Assembly (NCBI RefSeq): GCF_006345805.1
Contig: NW_021833246.1
Coordinates: 26,297-90,296, forward strand
Source: Octopus sinensis
Lineage: Eukaryota
Length of the DNA: 64,000 nt
Reading direction: 5' to 3'
In this document: positions 11,359-22,965 of the stretch, in pieces
How positions within the stretch are numbered: the stretch's first letter is position 1
Layout of the letters: every line of letters starts with the position of its first letter
Program-made: the position numbers and the translations under genes
The notes under the pieces: generated by a model
Seen by the model: only the letters and a program-made list of their open reading frames with translations
Databases searched by the model: none
Told to the model about the DNA's origin: nothing

Positions 11359-13128
11359 ACATGTGTGTGTGTATGTGTGTGTGTGTTTGTTCGCGCGTGT
11401 GCGTGTACAGAGAGAGGGGCAGACAAGCTGACAGAGAAAGACAGAGAGAGAGATTTGGCTAAACAATTGCATACATAGTGTAGACATCACGCACAGGGTA
11501 GACATTTATATTTTGATAAACTTCAACGACTTCTTTTTCTAACATACTCACACACTTACATAGGCACACCATACCGCACATAAAAACATATATAAGGAAA
11601 TTTAATCCGTATTTGAGAGATGAAAATTTGAATATCCAATGGATTCAGTATAAATAACTTAATTTCATTTACACACCAAGTCAAAAAATACATAATTTAG
11701 TGCGTTTAGCTCGCCTCAGACATCCCTGAATCGTACTTAAAATGATGGATTGGGTTTCCTCAATTCACCATTTTCATTAAGGGAATGGTGTCCGCAACAG
11801 TTACTGAAGTATGTTCTTTTAACGTTTTGGGTTTAACAAGGACAATAGTGCAAAAAGAATGTAGCGCGTTTTGAAGTCATAATTATAAGACCTGTTACCC
11901 CGTTTTTTTTTGGCGTAAGGCACCATTTCCTCGCAGAGTTAATAATTTTAGCCACCTGATAAAAGTGAAGCGTTTCGCTCACGATCAGGACCCGAAACCT
12001 TAATCTTACGATATTCGGCTTAAAAACTCTGCAATCTACTATGTGTGGTACTACGGACAACATATATCTATGTACAAGGTTCTCTGATTTATGTGGAATA
12101 CACAGATTTATGCACACATATAGAGAAATAAGTGTACTAATAGGTATTTTGAGTGGCAATCAACATTCAAATCATTTTCCCAGGAAAACGCACTTATTTA
12201 TTCTGAATAATTTAAAGTACCAATTAACGATTCACTCATTTCAATTATGGTAGTATTACAATAGGATTTAAATTATTTCAATGCCCGAATTTTGCACACA
12301 TGCCACAAATTTTTGTCAAACTTATATAAAGTATATTCTCCTAATTTTAACGCGTTGACAGAAAACTATAGGGATATATACATGTGTGTCGTTAGTCAGC
12401 TGGAAGAGATGTCTTCCTGGGGCTATAAACGTCACTAGCACTGTCCCATATAGAACGACACACTTGGTTGGTAATTATATGTTGCAAATCCGTATTGCTA
12501 CTGTTTACATCTCGCTCAGAGATTTAATATAGCCTGTAGTAATATAGTATTTCACAATCCTCGTCAACATCACTTGTCTGGTAGTCTCTCAACTTCTTTC
12601 TCTCTACCTATTTGTCTGGTAGTCTCTCAACTTCGCAGTCAGACATACGATGTAGAATTCTCTTGACGATTTTAAAGTTCAACTAATCTTAATGAAGACA
12701 TCATCCTACTTTAGTTATCTGTTTTTAAGTTTTCCTTTTCTTTTATCAATTTTGTATTTTCCGACACTTTCCCTTTCATTATGAATTATTTTTCACTCTC
12801 CAACCTCATCTCATGCCTCCGATCTTTTTGATCTACATGCGCATAACACCCACTGTTCTGTAACATATTATTTTTATATACGCTAAAGGCAATAAATTTA
12901 ATACACACTTGCATACACTTATGTACGAGCATATATGCATATATATATATATAGATATATATATATATGTATGATATATATATAGATATGGTCGGGGTAT
13001 TAGTATGTTTCTGTATGTGACATGTGTACATACAATACATACATATATATACAATATATACTACATATATACATATATATGTATGTATATATAAATATAA
13101 TAAAATATATATATAATTATATACATAC

Positions 13129-13174
<46 letters not shown>

Positions 13175-13489
13175 CACTGTATCGCTGCGAGATGAAGCAT
13201 GAAGCGAGTGAATCAAATTTGTCCTCATGTGGCTTCAGTTACGATTCCCAGTTTCACCGCTCTATTTCATTCTCACACGTTCCATTCGCATTTCTTTGAA
13301 TTAGTATACTTTCACGTATGCATTATACACGTATGTGTATGTGAGTGTGTGTGTGCATGAGAGAGGGGGAGGGAGAGAGAGTATGTGTGGTGTGCATGTA
13401 TATGTGTATATGTATGATTGTGTGTATATATGTATGTAGCGATAAATATTATTCATTCAACAAAAGTCAAAGCGAAAATTCGTTTCAAG

Positions 13490-14330
13490 GCAACACGTAT
13501 AACTTTAGGACTGACAAATCGTTTTATATGTTTAAGCAGTATTTTATCACATAATCCCTTTTCAATATAACGGTTGCTTACTACAATGAAGCGCGAAACG
13601 CAGTGGTTTTATGGAGAAGATTAATTGCATATAATGATAATAATATTAATTATCAGACAAGAGAAAAAATATGATATATTTGTTTTAATGCTCTATTCAA
13701 TCTTAATGTGTGTACAACTATCGTTAAACAGCTCTTCAACTTATTAGATAAATACTTTTCACAACATCGTAGATATGAGATACTTAATAGAATTAATGTT
13801 AAACTAAATTTCAGTTGCACACCTAATTTCTTTACAGAAATAGTAAATATTTATAGCAAAATCTTTAATAGCTATCTACATCCAATTCTTCCTGTTTGTG
13901 CTATTATTTTAACCCGTAAATTGTCCATTAAATAATTAATGTCTTTCGAAATCGATAGTTTATTGTGCGAAAGTATTTACAGATAATGATTCAGTTTGTA
14001 AGGATTGTATTGGGTTGACGAAATATCCTTTTAAGTAAAGATATAATCAACATAAATATATTTTTAGATATCCTGAAAGATTTGTTGATACGTGTTTATC
14101 GAATTATATCTGGTAATTAAAACAAAACAATATCAGAAACTATAAAAGTCATTTGGAAGATATTAGAGCCTGCCAAACTTTATAATCACTTTAAAGATAA
14201 TTGTGTTCTTTGTATTTCGAAAAAAACAAAAAAAGAACATTTGGTTCTGCAGTGATTGTATGTGAAACACCCTTTAAGAGCTATTATTTTTTTGTCACCA
14301 GAAACGAAAATTTCTGCTGAAATATGTTAC
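13490..14330 (+). pseudogene. Penelope-like element: RT C-terminus, linker and GIY-YIG endonuclease, decayed
   Basis: Across frameshifts it translates FNITVAYYNEA..SGFMEK / KRKNMIYCFNALFNLNVCTTIVKQLFNLLDKYF / NRINVKLNFSCTPN / CLSKSIVYCAKV...CIGLTKYPFK*RYNQHK...TCLSNYIW*LK / VIWKILEPAKLY...CVLCISKK. This is the standard PLE motif order. Confidence 0.85.
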
Positions 14331-14472
14331 AGTGCCTAACATATGAACGCTATACAAACTTCTGCCATATATCAAATGCTTCTAACACACCAAGTACCGT
14401 TTTCGTTTAGCAGCTTGTGTGTCTTAAATTTAAATTATTATTAATTGAAATTTATGTCAAATACTTGACATT

Positions 14473-14477
14473 ATGCA
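14473..14477 (+). CDS. Candidate start of an unknown micro-exon gene (ATGCA before a GTAAGT donor)
   Basis: Perfect GTAAGT donor at 14478. The ATG is in frame with the following exons. The 5' extent of the exon is unknown. Confidence 0.35.
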
Positions 14478-14656
14478 GTAAGTACGCTATCTGAGACATT
14501 TGTTCCATACTTTTGTTTTTCCAAATACCTCACGTTTCTTTTTCAATATTGCTACAAAATTATTGAACTATTCGATTATTATAAAAAACAAAATAGAAGT
14601 TAGTCACAAATAATTAATTTTCTGCTTAAAATATACAACACTAAACGTGTTTACAG

Positions 14657-14668
14657 AGGCGAGCGGCA
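14657..14668 (+). CDS. Candidate 12-nt micro-exon
   Basis: ctaaacgtgtttacag|AGGCGAGCGGCA|gtaagt, i.e. a branch-like CTAAAC, an acceptor and a perfect donor. Confidence 0.5.
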
Positions 14669-14804
14669 GTAAGTATTGGTGCCTCTTTGGCTTTTATTTA
14701 CAGCTAGATTATGTAGAGCATTGTAAATAGAATTTTATGTAGAAACATGAATTTTATATTAATTGCATTAAATGAAATTTTAAATTGTTTTCATATTTTC
14801 TTAG

Positions 14805-14833
14805 AGCGCAACTGACATACCTGAATTGTTACA
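14805..14833 (+). CDS. Candidate 29-nt micro-exon
   Basis: ttttcatattttcttag|AGCGCAACTGACATACCTGAATTGTTACA|gtaagt. Confidence 0.55.
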
Positions 14834-14937
14834 GTAAGTGAATCAAATTTTGGGGAAATTCTTTAAAACAGGGATGAAGATGATTGCAATGAATACTGTG
14901 TACGATATCTCAGTTTCATTTTGTTGTTTTTTATCAG

Positions 14938-15059
14938 GAGACATTCCTTATATCGTTAATTGGTTTCCAAACCTGGAAGGAAGACGTTCCACGTGTATTC
15001 AAACCAGACACTTCGCTCAAATAGTTACAACAGAGTTAGTTTCACTTGAGACATTTAAG
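14938..15059 (+). CDS. Candidate 122-nt exon (..DIPYIVNWFPNLEGRRSTCIQTRHFAQIVTTELVSLETFK)
   Basis: ttttgttgttttttatcag| acceptor and AAG|gtcagt donor. One frame is open throughout and is phase-compatible with the two micro-exons. Confidence 0.55.
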
Positions 15060-15279
15060 GTCAGTCGATGGCATTATACATTGCAGTGAATTAGATAATA
15101 TTTGCTTTTGAACAAACTGTCTGCTATAATAAAAAAATAAATGACTGATACAGTAATGCCATCTTATATACGCTTTGTCTGAAAACCTGCTGTGATTGAC
15201 ACTATCTACTCATAAAATATTACACAATATTAAGTGGATGTGTTGAATATTTCAACATTTATTCTTCTCTTCCTTGAAG

Positions 15280-15297
15280 GAACAAGGAGAACTTTAG
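15280..15297 (+). CDS. Candidate terminal coding segment (EQGEL*)
   Basis: Strong acceptor tttattcttctcttccttgaag| followed by GAA CAA GGA GAA CTT TAG. Confidence 0.35.
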   Translation, partial: EQGEL

Positions 15298-15592
15298 AGC
15301 TGATACGGAGTTGACATCTTTCTGATTTGATTTCAAATCTGGGCAAAAACGAATTGCTCATTTAATCACTCTCAAGGAATTCAATTAAAATACCAATGAA
15401 GTATTCGATCCGAGTTAATCGATTCCGCTCTATCGGAAAATATATATCTCATTTCAGTTGATTTCGAATTTCCTAGATTGTCAGAGAATAATTTGTTACA
15501 GTTTGAAATCGATAGTTTTAGCTACGTTAGTCCGGTGAATTTAGAAACAGAAATCACCAACTTATATACCTGCAACATTTTTTTGTTTATTT

Positions 15593-15890
15593 GTTCCTTC
15601 TCGAGCAATGCCTGGCTCATAAGGGCCGGTTTCCCGTTTTTTTTGGCGTATAGGTTCCCCACCTGGATGGGACGCCGGTCCATCGCAGGTGAGCTGCAAG
15701 ATGCAGGAGGAAAGACTGAGAGAAAGTTGTGGCGAAAGAGTCAGCAGAAGTTCGCTATTATCTTCTGCCGGAGCCGTGTGCAGCTTAGGTGTTTCGCTCA
15801 TAAACACACACACCGTCCGGTCTGAGATTCGAACCCGCGATCCCTCGACCGCGAGTTCGCTGCTCTAACCACTAGGCCATGTGCCACCAC
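15593..15890 (-). mobile_element. tRNA-derived SINE family A, full length, with a V-domain-like central block
   Basis: The head GTGGTGGCACATGGCCTAGTGGTTAGAGCAGCGAACTCGCGGTCGAGGGATCGCGGGTTCGAATCTC carries A and B boxes. The internal CCTGCGATGGACCGGCGTCCCATCCAGG resembles the V-SINE domain (from recall, not aligned). Confidence 0.85.
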
Positions 15891-16114
15891 AACCTGCAAC
15901 ATTTAGCTACATATGTTGGAGTTCTCATTACGATAACATGCCAAAATATGTCTTGCCATTCATCTTAGCGCATCCCACCGGAGAAAATAATTGTCGGAAT
16001 TTTGTCTGTCTTAGGAATATATATTGTTCTTTCTCTCGATATCTGTTTTTACATCTGTCTGTGAATATATAACATACAAGAACATAGAATACTTGATTAA
16101 AACATTGCACTAAA

Positions 16115-16490
16115 TCTCTCTCTATATAAACGGCAGTTTGTCTGTGCGTGTTTCTGTGTGTCTGTTTTCTCGTACCCTCACTCTGACCACGGCTTTCAAC
16201 CGATTCTGATGAAACTTGACACCACATAGCCCAATGTCATAATTCAAAACTAACGCAGCGAAATTTTGAAAAGTTCCCCCAGTTCTGAAAAGATCGATAA
16301 ATTCGACATGGGGTCGAGAATCTGAAACCCAAACCACAGACCGTCTAGGGGACGCAACTCCACCTTTTTATCCCTCAAAAAAATTTACCATCATTTTTTT
16401 TCCTTTTTTTGCTATTTTTTGCTATAACTCTCTAAAAATCTTTATAGTTATTTCCCTTACAAACCCGAGCACCCGGGCGATACTGCTAGT
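16115..16490 (+). mobile_element. Non-autonomous Helitron/Helentron-like element
   Basis: 5' TC start (tctctctctatataaac), a GTCT-rich stretch, the subterminal motif aaccgattctgatgaaac, and a 3' GC-rich hairpin cccgagcacccggg followed by ...ctgCTAGt. Confidence 0.65.
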
Positions 16491-16751
16491 ATATTATAAG
16501 CGCACTTTAGATCATGTGTGTGTGCGCGCGCTAATATACAGAAGTACGTTTATAAGTAATTTCTCAGGGTACATGTTTGCGTGAGTATGTGATTTGTATT
16601 GCTTCGCATTTAATATATATATATATCATAGGCGCAATATAAATTCAAATCTCATTTAAAATTCATTTGATTCGGCATTTCAAACTTGTACGTATGCATA
16701 CGTACATACATACATACAAACATACATACATGCATCCATACATAATACAGA

Positions 16752-17347
16752 CATACCTGATATAAGGATTTGGGATAGAGAAGAGAAACTGTGCACATGT
16801 GCACAGTTGTAGAAATTAGCTGCCCAGCGGATGTTAACATAAACCTGGAGATTAGTAGAAAATAGAACATTTATGTTTAACTATTGAGAAATCTGCAGTT
16901 ACTCTATCCAGATTACATGTTCAGGTTTATACCTGTAATTATTGGGGCCCTGGGATATGTAACACATTGCCTGAATACCAATCTTGAGAAATTTGGCTGC
17001 TCAAAAGCCGAAAGGAGAAAGCTAATTCGATGGATTGGCCCTTCAGATCCAATTCATCACTGGAACTGTAAAAATCTGTAAAACTTTCCAGAAGTTTATC
17101 ATTTAAAAATATCTGAGTATGTCTATATGCATGAAAATACATACATAAAGCAAAACATACAAATTTGCATGTAAATGTATATGTATACATACATACATAC
17201 ATACATACATACATACATACACATATACACATACATACAAAATACCCTTTTACTGATGTTGAAATTTCGATGAAGGAGGCTTGGATCTATGTTAGAAACT
17301 GGTACTTTATCTATTTGCAAGAAATCTTGAAATAAACGGAATATTAA
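16752..17347 (+). mobile_element. 5'-truncated RLE-type non-LTR retrotransposon: restriction-like endonuclease domain plus 3' UTR, within (CATA)n
   Basis: PDIRIWDREEKLCT/VVEISCPADVNINLEISRK*NIYV*LLRNLQLLYPDYMFRFIPVIIGALGYV... matches the PD-x-(D/E)...K..KY...PxxxGxLG RLE motif. The stop is at 17104-17106 and an AATAAA lies near 17332. An 8-bp TGTGCACA duplication causes a frameshift. Confidence 0.8.
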
Positions 17348-18358
17348 CATACATACACACTTACAAAAGAACCACATACATGTACCACAATTATGTATAC
17401 CACTCGAACAAATACATTAATCCTTCACTGACTGAATGCTTTACCGATTACACGGTACAAATACTCGTATTTTTTAACGTGGACCCTTCAGTAAGTAATA
17501 GCCACTGAACTTTATTTCCCATCTCTTAAGTTATACTGCAGCTCTTTGTACGATCATGAATGTAAACTATAATATTAATTATATCGATCCCAGAATATTT
17601 ATTATTAGACAAGTGTTTTAACAAAGGATGCAATGATTGCAACATGTCCCTTCATTTTCCACGATACATACCTACATTGGATCTTCTACTGAATTGACTG
17701 ATCTTGCGACAAAGGAAAAGGACAAAGCACATCATATATGATTGATCAATAATTATACGGTCCATATATTATTGATAATCTAATGAAAACTGAAACCCTT
17801 AAATATTTTGTGCCATATAATAGTACAAAAAAATTTATAGATTGAGTTTAATTTTAGCGGAATAATATACAACTTAGAATATTTATTTTTCATAAAATCA
17901 TGCGATCTTACATCAGTACAAAACGCATCAATTATTGGATTCAAAGAGCATTTGATGAAGTGCTAATTCCCCAATATTACGAATGATACCAAACGGTATT
18001 GGATGCCATTCTCGTATCTCTCTTTCTTTCTCCCTCTGTGTATATAAATATATATATTCATATATACACACTCACAGGCACACACAAACACATACACACA
18101 CATACACATACGTGCACACGGCCGCGCGGACTTCTTAAACGCAAATATTTGCTATCGATTTAAATTGATATCGTGTATACCGAACATCAGTGTATATAGA
18201 CATATACCTTTATTTGTATTCATATATTTAATTTTCATATACATACATACATACATACATACATACATACTTATACAAATATATATATACTCACAAAAGA
18301 ATACACACAACACATACACATACATGCATAAATACATACACACACACAAATATATATA

Positions 18359-19618
18359 TAGTGGGGTTGGACAAAATAATGGAAACACCACGCATAATAG
18401 CCTCATAATTTTGTAAGTGTGTATAAAACCGTCAAAAGCTTGTTTATTTCTGTCTTTTATTTATTATTAGTTTTGCATAACATGTTTTGATAAAATTGCT
18501 GTTTCTTTTGAGATATCACCAGAAAAAAGGTACTTAAAATGCATTAAAATGACAGGTCTATCGGACTTTCAAAGAGGTCAGTTTGTTGGTGCTCATATTG
18601 CAGGTGCTAGTGTAACGAAAACAGCCGAAATGTTTGGTGTATCAAGACGTATTATCTTAAAAGTAATGACGGCCTTTGATAAAGAGGAGAAAACCTCCTG
18701 ATAGAAACAAAACTCCGGAAGAAAACCAAAACTTTCAGATAGGGACCCTCGGACTCTTACATGAATTGTTAGAAACGATCACAAAAGTACAGCTCCGAAA
18801 ATTACTGCAGAGCTTAATGACCACCTCGGGAACACAGTTTCCATAAAAACTGTTCGCCGGGAGCTGCACAAAGTCGGATTTCACGGGCGGGCTGCAATCA
18901 GAAATCCACTACTTTCAAAAACAAACGTTAAAAATCGTTTAGGGTGGAGTAAAAACCTGCAGAATTGATCCCTAGAGCGGAGGAAGAATGTTATTTTCTC
19001 GGACATAATCCTTTACCTTATATCTGACCACCAACCGAGTATATGTGTGTAGACAGCCAAAAGAGGAATTTGACCCAAAGTGCCTTCTTCCAACTCTTAA
19101 ACATGGAGGAGGATCTGTGACGATTTGGGTGGGGGCTATATCTTCGAAATCCGCCAGCCCAATGGTTTCATCTTATGGCAGAATTAATACTCAAGACTAT
19201 TTATCTGATCAAATTCATCCTATGATTGTGGAACCGTTTCCGGGGGGAAGCGCGATACTCTAGGATGATTATGCACCAATTCACACAGATAAAGTTCTTA
19301 CCAAATGACACGAGAAACATTCTAGTGAAGTTAAACATCTTATCTAGCCACCACATTTCCCAAATCTCAATATTATTGAACATATGTGGTGCATTTTAGA
19401 AAAACAAATAAGAAGTCGATATCTTCCACCATTATCACTATAAGAATTGGAGACTGTTTTAGCTGAAGAATGGACAAAGATTCCTTTGGAAACAATTCAA
19501 ACTTTGTCCATACCTCGTGGACTTCAAGGTGTAATTACCGCCAAAGTCGGTCCTACCCCATATTAAGATAATTATTTTTGAAATTTTAAGGTGTTTCAAT
19601 TATTTTGTCCAGCCCCTG
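18359..19618 (+). mobile_element. Tc1/mariner DNA transposon, full length (about 1.26 kb), with TIRs and TA flanks
   Basis: The left end (t)agtggggttggacaaaataatggaaacacc matches the right end ggtgtttcaattattttgtccagcccctg, followed by TA. Confidence 0.92.
18549..19566 (+). pseudogene. Tc1 transposase (DD34E type), inactivated
   Basis: MTGLSDFQRGQFVGAHIAGASVTKTAEMFGVSR...SGRKPKLSDRD...TVRRELHKVGFHGR...NVIFSD...KHGGGSVTIW...*DDYAPIH...PNLNIIEHMW...AKVGPTPY*, with several stops and frameshifts. Confidence 0.92.
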
Positions 19619-19813
19619 TATATATATATATACTTTATTTAAAGCAGCAGAAAATTCAACAAAACCTGTTACTCTGAGTTTCCCGTTGCCGTTCATCGGA
19701 CAGTTTTTGCTATTCTAGCAAATTTTCTGCTGCTTTAAATAAAGCATGTTATTCTACCACTGGTATTTGAGTACTCTTTTTTCCACCTTGTTTCACATTT
19801 ATGTGTTTACTCC

Positions 19814-19900
<87 letters not shown>

Positions 19901-19984
19901 GTTTGTGTGGTGTGTGTTTGTGTGTGTGTTTGTTTGTGAAACGATGTACATATTTTGTTAGGTATGCATGCATGTATATCTGTA

Positions 19985-20035
<51 letters not shown>

Positions 20036-20169
20036 GCATCAGTTGACCATGAATTTCAAGTGGGATTTGAGTTTGTATTCCACTCAACATAAATGAAAAA
20101 GGCAAAGAATCACACACTCACGCAAACAAAAATTCATATATATGCAATTATGTATATAAACACACACAG

Positions 20170-20209
<40 letters not shown>

Positions 20210-20521
20210 TCAAACGCGCACTCACAAACGCGCCCCCCCCCCACACGCTCATGCACAAACATATTATTTTAATATATTTACGTTTGCAGTGTGCACATTT
20301 TATATTTTTAAAGTTAGATCGAGTTGAGATGTTATTAAACGTAGCAACTTTATAAAATGTTTTATGGAGACGGGTAATCTTTATTGCTGTAACTTTCCGT
20401 AAACATTGCTATTATATACACTAAGATAGTGTGTGAAATCATATTTCCGCATGCGTAATCAAACGGCATCAGATGTGTTTATACATACATACAAAATTCT
20501 TAGATACATAATACATATTTA

Positions 20522-20680
20522 CATATATACATGCACACATGATATACATATATACATGCACACATGATATACATATATACATGCACACATGATATACATG
20601 TGTGCACGCATGATATACATATATACATGCACACATGATATACATATATACATGCACACATGATATACATATATACATGT
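20522..20680. repeat. 25-bp minisatellite (CATATATACATGCACACATGATATA), about 6 copies
   Basis: Period 25 read directly, with one variant unit. Confidence 0.9.
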
Positions 20681-20818
20681 AAGTTGATATATGTACATAT
20701 GTATTTGTACGCATGTGTATCTGTAGATATCTAATTATAAATCCAAATACATATTACACCCATGAATATGTAAGTGTTTGAGTTTGCGTGTCTATGCTTG
20801 TCTGTGTGTATGCGTGTT

Positions 20819-20853
<35 letters not shown>

Positions 20854-21499
20854 CTCCTTTGCAAAAAAAAAAATACTGCCAATATATACGGGCTTATCAG
20901 TATCAAATTATATTTTTCCATGTCATCCACTATGTGTGTATAAACAATTTCCATCATATATTGAATACTTGTTACAAATATTGCTCAATTTATCAGGGAT
21001 TTTCCAAGCTTTTGCCATCGTAAATCTGTCGGTAGTTTATTGATATTAAGTGTAAATATTGTATAAAGCTTCTTGAGCCCTTTTAAGGGCTAACAAACTA
21101 AACGTATCCTTCAATCCCCACACTTATTCCTCGAAAATGTAAGGGTGCCTATGGTAAATTGCAGTTACAGATACCCCACGCATTAAACGCAGATTTATAT
21201 TGTTAAGAACAAAACGGTTTACATCCACACTTTGTATCTTAACTTTTAAACAGAGTACATCAGGAAATGATGTTTCCAAAATGTCATGTGGATTCGGCCA
21301 TCGTCGCAGGAATCTGCATATTTTCCGGCATTTTTTGATTGTGAGATTAGGCGGCACACGGATAATTATAATAGTTTTTATTACTTTTATACTGAGAAAA
21401 GTACGCATGAATATTACTCTTAAGTAAAAAAGATTTTTTTTCTTTATTTTGACGATTGTAACATAAATTCATGCAAACAGCTCTGGCGGTTTAAACCAG

Positions 21500-21775
21500 C
21501 ACTCCGCCGATTACGACGACAAAGGTTCCTGTTGATCCTATCAAGGGAACAGCCTGCTCGTGAAATTAACGTGCAAATGTTTGAGCATACCACAGACACA
21601 CGCGTACCCTTAGCGTATTTCTGAGGGAGATTCAAAGAGATGCCAAATGCGATACGACTGGCCCTTTGGAGTACAGGTATTCTCACTTTAGCCACCTGAG
21701 TAGATTAGAGCAACGTGTAATTAAATGTCTTGCTGAATGACACACTCCAACGCCATGAATCGAACTCACATTTCT
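21500..21775 (-). mobile_element. CORE-type SINE (same family as 30020-30339), diverged
   Basis: ctccgccgattacgacgac...ctcgtgaaattaacgtgcaaat...gagcaacgtgtaattaaatgtcttgct...gaatcgaactcac. Confidence 0.8.
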
Positions 21776-22097
21776 CACAAGCATTTGTGCAAATCGTTGA
21801 CGCATTATAAAGGTTAAAAGAAAAGATTTGCGTTGGTTAGTAATTATTCTACACAGGTTTCCTCCACACTTTGTACTCTGGTTGTCACTGATGGACAGCA
21901 CAAAATAAAAACATTCTGCTCCCTAATGGACACAGCATAATCCAAAAATGCATGATGTTGCCCTTGTTAAAATATATCTTAATTAAAGTGTCTGAAACAT
22001 AATGTAAATTCTTACACACACAGACACACGCAGCTTTGTAATTTATGCTCATATATACTATATATGTATGTGTCTGTATGTGTTATATATATATATA

Positions 22098-22178
<81 letters not shown>

Positions 22179-22203
22179 TATATATATATACATATATATA
22201 TAT

Positions 22204-22478
22204 ATTACTTTATATAATTAGGGTTCAGCACCGAACTTTTAGAAATAGCAGCCAAAGAATTTAGCTATTTCCTCTAATATAAGAAGAGTAAATAGCTAAA
22301 TTCTTTGGCTGCTATTTCTAAAAGTTCGGTGTGTGGTAAAGCAAATTTTTTTGCTGAACCCTAATTATATAAAGTAATGTTTAAATTTACCGTAAATGGT
22401 CCTTTTACATACTGAACACTACGTGGTAAAATTATTAATTACTAGTTAATTAATTAATTTTACCCTTATTATTATTGA
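22204..22478 (+). mobile_element. Fold-back element, family P-B (inverted arms 22204-22275 and 22285-22378, tail to ACCCTTAT)
   Basis: The left arm is the reverse complement of the right arm except for a deletion of about 22 nt joined at a TG microhomology. It abuts (TA)n on the left. Confidence 0.7.
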
Positions 22479-22644
22479 CTATATATATATATATGTTTCA
22501 TTGCAGATATACGCGTATTATAAACTGAGGCAAATATACATTAAGTCCTTTTTTTAAAAATAAAACACTAACAAGTGGAATGCATATACTAAACAAGATT
22601 CACAACTACGAAACAGAAGTCAATGCATTCCATATTCAGTATGT

Positions 22645-22921
<277 letters not shown>

Positions 22922-22922
22922 G

Positions 22923-22964
<42 letters not shown>

Positions 22965-22965
<1 letters not shown>

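Noticed and set aside
11833-12159. 108-aa minus-strand ORF in non-microsatellite DNA
   Set aside because: No recognisable motif or splice context. It may be an interspersed repeat, but I cannot support a class.
13575-13605. Hammerhead-like caatgaagcgcgaaacgc
   Set aside because: It lies in the reading frame of the Penelope ORF remnant (YYNEA..SG) and has no proper core or stems.
14478-15279. snoRNA host gene explanation for the micro-exon cluster
   Set aside because: No intron has a canonical C box/D box pair or a clear H/ACA layout by eye.
15810-15890. tRNA genes at SINE heads (also 100-177, 30260-30339, 43066-43140)
   Set aside because: A and B boxes are present, but there is no full cloverleaf or acceptor stem, and they continue into SINE bodies.
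20522-20680. CRISPR-like array
   Set aside because: The 25-bp units are contiguous with no unique spacers, in a eukaryotic context. It is a minisatellite.
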